Source: Candidatus Woesearchaeota archaeon
GTDB lineage: Archaea > Nanobdellota > Nanobdellia > Woesearchaeales > UBA11576
Assembly: GCA_016929255.1 (NCBI GenBank)
Contig: JAFGJH010000029.1
Location: forward strand, 375 to 64,374
DNA: 64,000 bases
Reading direction: 5' to 3'
Made by a program: the position numbers and the translations under genes. Shown piece by piece: positions 48,885 to 58,524 of this stretch. Under the pieces are notes generated by a model that ran no database searches, was not told the origin of the DNA, and saw only the letters and a list, made by a program, of their open reading frames with translations. The stretch's first letter is position 1; the number at the start of each line of letters is the position of its first letter.

Positions 48885-49712
48885 TCATTTGCTGGCAATA
48901 ATCTCCTTGACCGCGTGGACAAAACCCTCTGCCTCTTTCCTGTACCTGTCGTAATGGTCTCCGGAGACCCGGCTGACCTCGCCCGACATGATCATGCGGC
49001 CGACATTCATGAACTCGCCGACAACAGACAAGTGACGCTTCTGCATCACCCCCTTCACCACAAGGTGGTGCTTCATGAGAGGTATGATATGCTCAGGAGT
49101 GTCGGGGACAATTCCATAGTGCAGGAGCGCGGCATGCGCTGCATCGACAACGCCCCAGTAAAGGTCAAGCACCGCCTGCTTCATGTTCCAGTGGGCGTTC
49201 GATATAGACATAGGCCCCCTTCCGAGGTATATCCACACTATCTCCTTGCCGGGAAGTATCTTCCCTGAGCTCAGCATCCTCTTGGCCATCCCGAAACATC
49301 CTGTATCAAATAAGGCGGTGCCGTCACGCAGCATGTTAATCAGTATCGGGTCCCCTTTCACGGAGTAATCCCAGAACTTGGTGAGAGGCATGGTCGTTAT
49401 GTGGAGCCTTTTGGAAACCTTTGCAGCGGTCTTCTCTGTCACAACCCTATACGCAGTGATGACCTCAGGGGTGAGAACATTAATCATGTCGTCGAAGACT
49501 ATCATAACATCTATGTCGCTGCCGAAAAGAGCCTCGTCGCGGAGGTCCTTCTTGCCATGCACGAACCCTCCCCTGACAGCTGAGCCGAACCACACCACAG
49601 ACTTCACCAGAGTGCCCAGCTCTTTCCTCATCCCATCAGAGAATCTCCTGACTATGCCCTCTATCTCGCCTGGTTTCGCGACATATTCTGAATGTGCTGT
49701 CCTGATGTTCAT
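48885..49712 (-). CDS. Nucleotidyltransferase (MNT) - HEPN-like fusion, NTase site intact
   Basis: VWFGSAVRG...SDIDVMIVFDD, then GDPILINMLRDG and a helical HEPN-like part (LYWGVVDAAHAAL...EH...EAEGFV). ATGA-coupled to the upstream gene. Confidence 0.85.
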   Translation of the reverse strand: MNIRTAHSEYVAKPGEIEGIVRRFSDGMRKELGTLVKSVVWFGSAVRGGFVHGKKDLRDEALFGSDIDVMIVFDDMINVLTPEVITAYRVVTEKTAAKVSKRLHITTMPLTKFWDYSVKGDPILINMLRDGTALFDTGCFGMAKRMLSSGKILPGKEIVWIYLGRGPMSISNAHWNMKQAVLDLYWGVVDAAHAALLHYGIVPDTPEHIIPLMKHHLVVKGVMQKRHLSVVGEFMNVGRMIMSGEVSRVSGDHYDRYRKEAEGFVHAVKEIIASK

Positions 49713-51745
49713 TCCAAAGGCACCCCACTCCAAAATACCCAATCATCCGTGGGCCTGTACTCTCCGACGACGTACGGCGGCGGGTTCACGTGGCCGAAAT
49801 AGCTCTCCGCAACATCGCTCCAGCGCGCGCCACCGGGAGTCGCTGCAAAGTAGCTGTCAGCAATATCAGCGCCGAAAGCCCTCCAGGTCTGCAGCAGTAT
49901 CCTTCCCCTCCCGAACTGCTCCTCCTCATGGCCCTCTGACACCACAAATCCTGTGAAGCCGTGCGACTTCAGGTAATCGACAGCCTCGACAACCGGAAAT
50001 ATCCCCTGGCCGGGAGGCAGGTGGCCGTGGGCAGCGGTCGCCGAGTCGACAGCCTGCACGCTGCCGATGACACCCTCCTTCTGCATCTTCTCCACCATCT
50101 CCATGTACCAGCCCTTGAACCGCGCAAGACGCTGCTCCTCTGACTCCTGGGGATGCGCCTTCTTGAAATGCTGCAGCCACATGCCGAGATGTGACGTGTC
50201 AAAGCATCCCTTGAGATGCCTGTCAGCGAAACTATTAGCATCATCCTTTGAAAGGCCCCTCTCCTTTACGAGGCGTTCAGCCATCTCCTTCCTGGACTCC
50301 TTTATCAGCTCGATAAACTCATCAGGATGGCCGCCGTAACCGGTAGGCCATCCGATCTCAGGCCCAACATGGATGGGCCGCTCGACCCTCCTGTTGTTCC
50401 TGGTCTCGTCGAACGCAGCAAGCCCTGCCTCAGCATAAGACTCCACCGCCTTTTCCTTTGCATACTTCTTCAGGGACACAACCTCATCCATGGTCCTCCT
50501 CACCTCATCCGCCTGCGCGTCCGAGGCTGCAGATGCCTCATGCACGTGCTTGAGGCGGTGCTGTATCTGGTCAAGGTTCTGCCTGATTATCTCAGTGGGC
50601 TTCCTGTACTCGGGAGGTATGAACATGCCGTGCATGGCAGGGTCCTCGCGAAGCATCTTCCACTGCTCTTCGGGAGGTATGGCTTTCTCCACCTTCTCGT
50701 AATATTCCAGGGCTTTCTTCAGCGACTCCCTCCTCTTGATTTCCTCCTCATACTGGGTAGTATAGAAAAGCGAATGGCCCCTCGCCTGCATCCACTTGTT
50801 CTCAAGATTAAGCCTGAAAGCGTACTCGGCAGGGTCCAACGGCTCCATAGCCACACCCCTCTCCTTGGCCAGCGCATTGAAATCCTTTGTCCTCTCGACT
50901 ATCCTTTCCCAAGGCACCCTTTCTGACTTGAACTTCTTGTTAGTAGGATCCCACTCGGGGACGCGGTAGAGCAGCTCCTCATTGTTGAAAGGGTCTATCC
51001 ACTTACCGTCGACATCGACCCAATCGCCAGCCTTTATCAGGATCTTGTTGCCCTTCCTGTCCTCGCCCCACCTTTCCTTGTCAGACTTCTTGAACACCGG
51101 CTCGAATATGTCTGTCGAGTGCCTCATCTCCTGCATGACATGACCAGTCCTCTTGTCGACAAGATATTCTGTCGCGAACTTGTCCTCTGTCTCGTAGGCC
51201 TCGAACTGGCCAGCCCACTTGCCCTTCTGGTTCCAGGGCGCGTCGACGATGTTCCTCGTGAACTCCTGGGACCACACGTCAACCCCGCCGCCTCCGGAGA
51301 CATCCGCGAGGAACTTGATGGCATCCTTGACCTCCTGCAGGTCCTTATGCCTCTTCTCGTCGGAGATATTGAAACGCTGGGGATCAAAACCTGAAAGGTT
51401 AGTTATAGACGACGTGGGCATCTCAACACCCTCTATCATGACATTGTTGGCCCTTGAAAGCTCCCTCAAGCCCTCGCGCACCTCCTTGCCGTAGGCCTTA
51501 GGCCTGCCGCCTATCGCGTTATAGGATGGCTGGTTGAAGACCAGCTGTATCTTGCTGGTGCCCTGCCTTATCGCAGCGTCGACATTCTGTATTATGTTGC
51601 CGCCAGTCACAGGGTCCTTCTCAACGACGGTCACGCCAAGCTCATTGATGGGGATTATGGGCTTCTCCAGCCTAGGTGCCTCCCTCTGAGGCTGGCTGTA
51701 TTCCCTGTCCATCGGCGTGTAGCTCGGCCCTGTACTGAACTGCAT
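49709..51745 (-). CDS. Large xylose-isomerase/endonuclease IV-like TIM-barrel protein with big insertion
   Basis: NLSGF, AIKFLADV, PEIGWP, CFDTSHL, VDS...GHLPPGQG.FP, VSEGHEE. Start may be 51766. Confidence 0.78.
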   Translation of the reverse strand: MQFSTGPSYTPMDREYSQPQREAPRLEKPIIPINELGVTVVEKDPVTGGNIIQNVDAAIRQGTSKIQLVFNQPSYNAIGGRPKAYGKEVREGLRELSRANNVMIEGVEMPTSSITNLSGFDPQRFNISDEKRHKDLQEVKDAIKFLADVSGGGGVDVWSQEFTRNIVDAPWNQKGKWAGQFEAYETEDKFATEYLVDKRTGHVMQEMRHSTDIFEPVFKKSDKERWGEDRKGNKILIKAGDWVDVDGKWIDPFNNEELLYRVPEWDPTNKKFKSERVPWERIVERTKDFNALAKERGVAMEPLDPAEYAFRLNLENKWMQARGHSLFYTTQYEEEIKRRESLKKALEYYEKVEKAIPPEEQWKMLREDPAMHGMFIPPEYRKPTEIIRQNLDQIQHRLKHVHEASAASDAQADEVRRTMDEVVSLKKYAKEKAVESYAEAGLAAFDETRNNRRVERPIHVGPEIGWPTGYGGHPDEFIELIKESRKEMAERLVKERGLSKDDANSFADRHLKGCFDTSHLGMWLQHFKKAHPQESEEQRLARFKGWYMEMVEKMQKEGVIGSVQAVDSATAAHGHLPPGQGIFPVVEAVDYLKSHGFTGFVVSEGHEEEQFGRGRILLQTWRAFGADIADSYFAATPGGARWSDVAESYFGHVNPPPYVVGEYRPTDDWVFWSGVPLE

Positions 51746-51749
51746 AGTA

Positions 51750-52559
51750 TCAACCCTTGACTCCATCCTTGACGTGCTCCTTCACGAACTCGTCGATCTC
51801 CTTGATGAAAAAATCAGCATCGGCAAGATAAGAATCGAAATCCCTGCCCGAAACCTCAAACACCTCCCTGTGCATCACCTTCTTTGCAGCATCATAAACC
51901 CTGTCTATTATCTCGCCGCACCTCCTGTGCACAAGGTTGCGCGCGACCAGCTCCCTCTTGACTGTCTCTGCAAGATGGCTCGGAGAGGGTGGGACAATGC
52001 CTGCGACCATGACCGCTGCGTGTGCCGCATCAGTGACCGCCCAATAAAGATCCACAACCGCCCTCGCGACATGGTGGTTGGCATCCTTGACAGAATGCTC
52101 TGCCTTGACGAAGTAAACGTTCACGCTCTCCTTGGAAGGCCGTATCTTGCCTGTCACCAGCAGGTCCTGGATAGGGAGGAAAAACCCGTTGTCGTGCACG
52201 GCAAGCGACTCCCTCAGCAGATGCATGGTGCCCTCGTCACGGGCATTGAATCCTGCCCAGAACTCAGACGCGAGCAGGGTCCCGCACTTGAGCGGCAATG
52301 TGCTGGTGTATGCCATCTCTGAGATGTCCAGCTTCAGGCCCTCGACCTGCTGGTCAAAGACAACATTGTTGAGGTCATCTATCAGGAAAATAAGCTCTAC
52401 AGACTCTGACGCTGAAGAAGGTCTCTTGATGACTGATGATGATATGAGCGCCTTATACCTGGAACGCACCTTTTCCGAGAATGACTCTATATCCCTGTAC
52501 CTATGGTCAGCAATCTTCCCGCTGTTTTGCAACTGCCTGGGTTTCAGCGTCTCTTCCAT
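51750..52559 (-). CDS. MNT-HEPN-like paralog with degenerate NTase site
   Basis: Clearly similar to 48885-49712 (FW...LLR, GKIRPSKE, DLYWAVTDAAHAA, VSG..FD.Y..A..F) but lacks GS and DxD. Retains KKVMHRE. Confidence 0.8.
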   Translation of the reverse strand: MEETLKPRQLQNSGKIADHRYRDIESFSEKVRSRYKALISSSVIKRPSSASESVELIFLIDDLNNVVFDQQVEGLKLDISEMAYTSTLPLKCGTLLASEFWAGFNARDEGTMHLLRESLAVHDNGFFLPIQDLLVTGKIRPSKESVNVYFVKAEHSVKDANHHVARAVVDLYWAVTDAAHAAVMVAGIVPPSPSHLAETVKRELVARNLVHRRCGEIIDRVYDAAKKVMHREVFEVSGRDFDSYLADADFFIKEIDEFVKEHVKDGVKG

Positions 52560-52650
52560 AATGATACACCAATGCACAAATAATCTTCAAACATGATTTA
52601 AAATTTATTTACCATTCAAGGATGGTGCGGGAAATGATGCCATCAGGATC

Positions 52651-53214
52651 TCATCCTCCGCCTGGCCCGAACCAGTTCATCTTGTAGCCCATGGACCTCA
52701 ACAGCCTCATGGACTGGACAACATCCTCGACGAGCTCCTCCGAAGGCGTCGAGTAGAGCTCCCGGTCGGGCGGCTTCTGCATGCTCTGACGGAGCACATC
52801 ATATGCCTCTCTCGCGTGCTCATACACCTGGAGGAACTCATCCCTTGTCGGCGGGACATTGTCCTGCGAATACCACTGCTGGATCTCCTGGAGGGTGTTC
52901 TGCGGCAGGAGCTCCTGTATCCTCCTCGCGTAGTCTGCTCCTCCTCCGCTCCCAGCCAAGGCCTTGTCTGCAGCAACTTCCTCTTCTATGCCCTTTGACT
53001 TCCCGAACAGCCTGTTTATATCGATCTCTTCCTGCTTCGGGACCTCGATCTCCTGAAGCATCTCGTCGAGCTTGATCTCCTTCAGCGACTCCTCGACTAT
53101 GCGCCTGGCCTCATCCTCCTGCTTCTTCCTCCTTGTCTCAAGCTCCTTGAGCCTCATCAGGCGCTCCTTGGGCGGAAGCTTCCTTATCTCCTCAAGCTCT
53201 TTCTCATCAGCCAT
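52651..53214 (-). CDS. Hypothetical charged helical protein
   Basis: MADEKELEEIRKLPPKERLMRLKELE, E/K-rich. Confidence 0.78.
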   Translation of the reverse strand: MADEKELEEIRKLPPKERLMRLKELETRRKKQEDEARRIVEESLKEIKLDEMLQEIEVPKQEEIDINRLFGKSKGIEEEVAADKALAGSGGGADYARRIQELLPQNTLQEIQQWYSQDNVPPTRDEFLQVYEHAREAYDVLRQSMQKPPDRELYSTPSEELVEDVVQSMRLLRSMGYKMNWFGPGGG

Positions 53215-53265
53215 CTTGGTCAATTCCGTGCGAGGACAAGCACCGGCTCGGCCCGCCAACAGACC

Positions 53266-54738
53266 TCACCAGGTAATCATCCTGTGAGCCTTCTTGAAGT
53301 TCTTGTAAGTGTTCCATATAGCAGCCTTCATCGGTCCGGCAGCCTTTTTCCTTTCGCCGCCGAGCTCCCATGCTGTCGGCTTCCCCTTATCCTTCCTCTT
53401 GACCGTGGGCAACAGCGCGCCGAACACCTCCTTGAAGCCTCCGAACAATGCAGTGAACGGCTCCACCGCGCCTTTCATCTGCTCAAGCCGCTTCTTCTCG
53501 GCGGCCTTCTGCTCATCTTCCTTCTTGGCTTCCTCAGGGAACTTCTCTCCAGCCTCCTTCAGGTAGTTGCGCAGGTCATCCCCGAGTGCCTCGATAGACT
53601 CTTTCAGCGAAGTGTCGACATCACCGAGCAGGTCAAGGGTCTCCTGTTCCCGCATCCTGAAATAATTGGCCATCTCATCATCAGTCCAGACATAGCCGCG
53701 CATCGTGAACTCACTCCTTCCGACATGCACCGGCCCCTTGTGCTGGTAGCCATCCTGGTGGAAATCCATATGGGGCTGGGTCCTGAACAGTATGTCCAGC
53801 ACGACGACCGAATGACAGTGCTTCGACGACTTCCTGCTGCAGACCACCTCTATCTCGGTGACGCTGCCCTCGAAAGCGCCGATGATGTCCTCGCTCATCG
53901 TGCGGGTGAAGTTCTGCTCCAGCCTCCTCACGTTCCTGAGGTAAGGCTTCACCCAGTTGATGTACATCTGTATCGCGTTGTAGTGCTGGCGCAGGAACTT
54001 GAGAGTGAACTTCCTCCTGTTGCTTATCTCGCTGTAAGTGAAATCCTTCCAGACAAGATATGCCTTCAGCTTCTTCCTGAGCACATCCTTGACCTTCACA
54101 TTGAACTTCAGGCTGTCGACGTAGCTGTCCACCTCCTCTTTCCTCATCGGCGGGGCCGCGAAGAAAAGGTCCGGAAGGGCGGTGTAGCCGAGCGTGCTCG
54201 CAAGCCCGTAGACAGAACCAGGAGACTTCACGCCGCCGTCCTTCAGGTCGACCCAGTAGCTCCTCAGCACTATCTCTGCCGACTGGCTCATCCTCCTGTC
54301 GAAGACACTGGACCTGGACGCCACAGCCTTGTTGCTCTCGTCATAGAGGGCAAGCCTCTCGTCAAGTATCCTCATCTCGCGGACTATCTGGAACAGCTCC
54401 TTGGTCAGCTTGCCAATCGTCGCCAGATAGTTCGAGACCTGGCCCTGCTGGATGGTCAGCCGCTGCTGAGCCTGGCCCCAGAACGCAGACTGCTCAGAGG
54501 CGGTGAATATGTCGGTGATCTTCTTCACGTCGTGCAGGCCGAAATCCTCCCTCAGGCTTGCGAGGAGCCAGAAATAGACCTCCTCTATCGACTGGTTGAA
54601 GGACTGGTAGACAAGCCTCATCTTATGGACAGGCCTGGGAAAGTTCTTTACCGGGACAAGCTCTTCAGGCAGGTTCGAGCCTCTAGCTCTCTCATCCCAA
54701 TCATAGTCCTTGAAACCAAAATCCTTGCATTCAACCAT
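53266..54738 (-). CDS. Hypothetical protein (490 aa), first gene of the MNT-HEPN cluster
   Basis: Long ORF with host codon use. Motifs IEEVYFWLL, ASEQSAFWG, FLRQHY, WVKPYL, YKNFKKAHRMITW. Confidence 0.85.
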   Translation of the reverse strand: MVECKDFGFKDYDWDERARGSNLPEELVPVKNFPRPVHKMRLVYQSFNQSIEEVYFWLLASLREDFGLHDVKKITDIFTASEQSAFWGQAQQRLTIQQGQVSNYLATIGKLTKELFQIVREMRILDERLALYDESNKAVASRSSVFDRRMSQSAEIVLRSYWVDLKDGGVKSPGSVYGLASTLGYTALPDLFFAAPPMRKEEVDSYVDSLKFNVKVKDVLRKKLKAYLVWKDFTYSEISNRRKFTLKFLRQHYNAIQMYINWVKPYLRNVRRLEQNFTRTMSEDIIGAFEGSVTEIEVVCSRKSSKHCHSVVVLDILFRTQPHMDFHQDGYQHKGPVHVGRSEFTMRGYVWTDDEMANYFRMREQETLDLLGDVDTSLKESIEALGDDLRNYLKEAGEKFPEEAKKEDEQKAAEKKRLEQMKGAVEPFTALFGGFKEVFGALLPTVKRKDKGKPTAWELGGERKKAAGPMKAAIWNTYKNFKKAHRMITW

Positions 54739-54864
54739 CCTGTTGTCATGCCTCTTTTTTGCTTTGCCTTACCAACCAGCTGAACAATCATTGTTGAGCT
54801 GTGTTTATAAACATTATGGTGGTCTTACTGACGACAGCGTGACATTGCTGCGCATGGCCCGCAC

Positions 54865-55188
54865 TCACCTCTTGTAGAGCACGGCGACGAAACCCACCTG
54901 GTCGACAAGCTCTGACCGGGTCATCTCAGCAAGATCCCTCGCAGCCTCTTTCCTGTCGTTCGTATCGACAAAAGCCCTCAAAAACTTCACCTTGACCAGA
55001 TTCCTCTTCACCAGGAGCTTCCTCACCTGGAGCACCGCAGATTCGGTCAGGCCATTCTTGCCTATCCTAACCAGCGGCTCCAAAAGCCGCGCCTTGCTCC
55101 TCAATGCCTTGATGGTCTCAGGGGCCATCTTAGTCCTCTTGGCCATCCTGGCCATCCCGTCCATATCAGTCTTCAGCTCCATCAACAT
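54865..55188 (-). CDS. yhbY: YhbY/CRM-domain RNA-binding protein
   Basis: LRSKARLLEP.VRIGKNGLT, LVKVKFL, QVGFVAVLYK. Confidence 0.92.
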   Translation of the reverse strand: MLMELKTDMDGMARMAKRTKMAPETIKALRSKARLLEPLVRIGKNGLTESAVLQVRKLLVKRNLVKVKFLRAFVDTNDRKEAARDLAEMTRSELVDQVGFVAVLYKR

Positions 55189-55192
55189 CCAC

Positions 55193-56887
55193 CTATGATC
55201 CTATGTGCGTAGGGTGATCCTGGCCCACACCCTTCCTCTCAATGAGGTCATTGATGTGCCTGTATTTCAGCATCAGCATCCTGAGCTGGTTGGACTCAAA
55301 ATCAGGCAGCAGGCTGGCGACCATGTCGCCTCCGAGGAAATGCGGAAGAATCACATAATCAGCGCCCTTCCTGTAAAGCTCAAGAGCCTGGTCTATCTTG
55401 TGCGCAGTCACTATCGTCGGGACGTACTTGTTCGCAGCCTTCACCTTCTGCAGCAGCAGGAGATTGTCATCATACGAGTTTGCGGTCGATATCACGAGCT
55501 TTGTGTTCCTCATCTCGAGCCGGCCCATGACCTCAGGGTCGCAGATGTCACCATACAGGCAGGCCACGCCCACCTTCTTCAGCTTCTTGACGACATCAGG
55601 GTTGAAGTCGACAACAACCACGCTCTTTTCCTGTGCTTTCAGCGACTTCAGTATGCTGTACCCTATACGGTCATAGCCGCAGAGCACCACATCGTAGAGC
55701 ATCTTCTCACCGCTCTGCTTACGGTGGTGGGCAGCCTTGATGCCAATCCTCTTCAAAAGGTTCACAAACTGATGGTAGAAGCTGTTCTCATAGTCCATGA
55801 AATAAGACGTGAAAGTCATGGTAATTACAGCCAGCAGTATGGTCAGCGTCAGGATGCCCTGAGAGAGCACGCCAGCATTCACCCCCTGCAGCACTATTAT
55901 CAAGGAGAACTCGGATATCTGCGCAAGCGATGTCGCGGTGATGAAGGACGTCCTCGCCTGATTGCGCAGGAGCACCAAGGTGACATGCAGTATCGCTGTC
56001 TTGCCGACCACGACGAGCAGCAGGAGCACAAGCAGAGGCAGCATCAGGGATAATATCCCTTCCAGGGTCAGCTGCAGCCCCAGCGAGGTGAAGAACATGA
56101 TGGAAAAGAAGTCCCTCAACGGCTTCACCTTGCCGACTATCTCGATGTTGTAAGGCAGGTTCGCGAGAAGCACTCCTGCGAAGAACGCACCTATTGTTAT
56201 CGAAAGTCCTATTGCGCTGAATATCAGCGAGAACAGGAAGCAGACCCCCAATGATATGGTCAGCAGAAGCTCCCTGGACCTGGCGGCGAACTCGAAGACT
56301 GAAGGGAATATGAACTTGCTGGCAAGAATGCCGAAAATCAGCACCAAAGCAATCTTGGCGAAGAAAAGATAGCCTATCGCAGCGCTCGACACAGACGCGA
56401 GGTATGACAATGCAATGACCGCAAATATGTCCTGCACGACGAGTATTCCTATCGTCATCCTGCCGTGCAGGGTGTTCGTCTCAAGATTGTCAGACAGTAT
56501 CTTTATCACTATCATCGTGCTGCTGAACGCGATGACCAGCCCGAGATATACCGCCTCGACATTGGTGAAGCCGAGCAGCTTGGTTACCACATACCCCATC
56601 GCAAAGACAAATGCCATCTGCACACTGCCCGCCACAGAAGACACCAGCCCCAGGTCCTTGAGCTTCTTCAGCTCGAGCTCGAGGCCTACCATGAACAGGA
56701 GGAACGCTATGCCTATCTCGCTGAGGTTGGCTATCAGCTCATGGTTCGTGATGATGCCCAGGACATTGCCTATCACCACGCCTGAGATTATGTATGCTGG
56801 TATGAGCGGCTGCTTCGTCAGCTTCGCTATGTAAGTGCCGAGGCCGGCAAAGATCACGAGCATGCCTATCTCAAAGAATATGTCCAT
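55193..56887 (-). CDS. CPA2/Kef-type cation:proton antiporter with TrkA-N (RCK) domain
   Basis: LLFMVGLE, FSSTMIVIK, ILVVQDI, LRDFF, AQISEFS, then CGYDRIG, VDFNP, YGD, GADYVI. Confidence 0.93.
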   Translation of the reverse strand: MDIFFEIGMLVIFAGLGTYIAKLTKQPLIPAYIISGVVIGNVLGIITNHELIANLSEIGIAFLLFMVGLELELKKLKDLGLVSSVAGSVQMAFVFAMGYVVTKLLGFTNVEAVYLGLVIAFSSTMIVIKILSDNLETNTLHGRMTIGILVVQDIFAVIALSYLASVSSAAIGYLFFAKIALVLIFGILASKFIFPSVFEFAARSRELLLTISLGVCFLFSLIFSAIGLSITIGAFFAGVLLANLPYNIEIVGKVKPLRDFFSIMFFTSLGLQLTLEGILSLMLPLLVLLLLVVVGKTAILHVTLVLLRNQARTSFITATSLAQISEFSLIIVLQGVNAGVLSQGILTLTILLAVITMTFTSYFMDYENSFYHQFVNLLKRIGIKAAHHRKQSGEKMLYDVVLCGYDRIGYSILKSLKAQEKSVVVVDFNPDVVKKLKKVGVACLYGDICDPEVMGRLEMRNTKLVISTANSYDDNLLLLQKVKAANKYVPTIVTAHKIDQALELYRKGADYVILPHFLGGDMVASLLPDFESNQLRMLMLKYRHINDLIERKGVGQDHPTHIGS

Positions 56888-56888
56888 G

Positions 56889-57782
56889 TCATCCCACCTT
56901 TCGCCCGGCAACGCCGAGCCTCTTTATCTCGCGGAGGAAGTCGCTGGCTATGAAGCCGAAACCGAAATTGGACCTCTTCAGGAGGAGGTCTCCAATCCTC
57001 TTGCAGTTGTGCGACGCAAGCCCCGCGGACGTGAACAGGTCTGCCGTCTGCGCCACGTATCCTGCGCAGATCCCTGCAAGGATGTCACCTGTCCCGCCGA
57101 CGGTCATACCCGCATTCCCGCCCCTGCTTATCAACGACCTGTCCTTTGATATGACCAGGTCATGCCTGCCCTTGAGCAGCAGGACATTCCCTGCGCTGAA
57201 AAGACCTGAGAGCTCTGCCTGTATCATGCAAATCCTCTCTCCGTCGGAGAGCCTGCTGTCCTTGAGCCCGCCGGCGAGCGCAGTCCTCCTGTTCACCCTG
57301 AGGAACATATCGAACTCGTCCGCGTGGGGTGTGATTATCGCGTTCTTGAGGCGCCTTATCTCTGCTACCTTCACGGCGTCAGCGTCGATTACCATAGGGA
57401 CCCCGATGCCAGAGAAGCCTTTCAGGAGCAGGTTCACCACCCTCGGGCCGACACCAGACATACCAGGGCCGATGAGCACAGCATCGGAGCGCCTGCCAAG
57501 GTCTACCAACGTCCTGACGTGCGGCTCTGATATGTAATCCCCTTTCAGCTTGACAGTGATCAGGTCCGGCGAGAGCGCGTTCATCGCCCAGGCAGCCTTC
57601 TCAGGCGCAGCTATCCTGACCATGTCGCAGCCAGCCCTCAAGGCAGCGAGGCCCGCGAGAGCCGGCGCGCCGACATAGTCTTTGCTCCCTCCTGCAACCA
57701 GGACAAGTCCATTCTGTCCTTTATGAGAATCAGGCTCCCGTCCCGGGAGTGCAAGTCTCGGTCCTCTTCCTTCCCGCGTCAT
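56889..57782 (-). CDS. nnrD: ADP/ATP-dependent NAD(P)H-hydrate dehydratase
   Basis: SHKGQNG, GGSKDYVGAP, IGPG, IDADA, ITPHADEF, LLKG, GGTGDILAG. Confidence 0.93.
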   Translation of the reverse strand: MTREGRGPRLALPGREPDSHKGQNGLVLVAGGSKDYVGAPALAGLAALRAGCDMVRIAAPEKAAWAMNALSPDLITVKLKGDYISEPHVRTLVDLGRRSDAVLIGPGMSGVGPRVVNLLLKGFSGIGVPMVIDADAVKVAEIRRLKNAIITPHADEFDMFLRVNRRTALAGGLKDSRLSDGERICMIQAELSGLFSAGNVLLLKGRHDLVISKDRSLISRGGNAGMTVGGTGDILAGICAGYVAQTADLFTSAGLASHNCKRIGDLLLKRSNFGFGFIASDFLREIKRLGVAGRKVG

Positions 57783-57786
57783 ATTA

Positions 57787-57936
57787 TCATCTTTCAGCAA
57801 TCTTGAGAACTATATTCCCCTGCCCGTCGAGCTCTAACTTTATCCTAGAACCTTTCTTCCATCCTTTGGCGTCGACCAGTGCCTTTGGAAGGGTTATCTT
57901 GTACTGTTTGTTGTTGTCAAACTGCAGCTTCACCAA
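57787..57936 (-). CDS. AbrB/MazE/SpoVT-type DNA-binding protein (49 aa)
   Basis: Hand translation MVKLQFDNNKQYKITLPKALVDAKGWKKGSRIKLELDGQGNIVLKIAER (TTG start). Not in the ORF track. Confidence 0.82.
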   Translation of the reverse strand: MVKLQFDNNKQYKITLPKALVDAKGWKKGSRIKLELDGQGNIVLKIAER

Positions 57937-58524
57937 TGCATATCACTTCATACCGCCTGTTCCCTGCAACCGTTCCCTCGAATGAAGGCATTGTTGGAAG
58001 CGGCGCATGTTCGATTGACGATCATCGTCACGGAGGTATCAGCGCATTCGATGTAACGGGGGGTGATAAGCAGCGCCGCTTCCACATGCCTAACCTCTTT
58101 TTCCCCTACAGTGTTCGGACCACGGCAAGGTGCCGCCAAAAATCAAGCATGAATAAATTATATGTATAATTTAATACGTATTTTTATATTTTTTTAAATG
58201 CATTTAATTATAGTTTTATTTATACATATCATCTATTTAAAGGTTTCGGTCAGATTTCCTGGTGGTTTTTTGTTACCACTTACAAATAACTAAAACATCA
58301 CAACATTTAAATAAAAGAAGAGCCAACCTGTAATGGAAACTGCCAATGCATAAAAATAAGCAAATAAACTTACTAAAATTATCCTATTTTAAAAATTAGT
58401 CAGAATTTACTAAAAAACTCACCAGATATGTTTATAATTGAAAGGGGCCTGATATATCCCATAATACTCAAAATACACTGATCAAGCAAAAAGAGCATTC
58501 TTTTGAGAGACCCATTGATCAAAC

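Noticed and set aside
53284-54783. 499-aa plus-strand ORF and similar long antisense ORFs (e.g. 2408-3250, 12933-13829, 55205-56053)
   Set aside because: Shadows of well-supported genes on the opposite strand, with no motifs.
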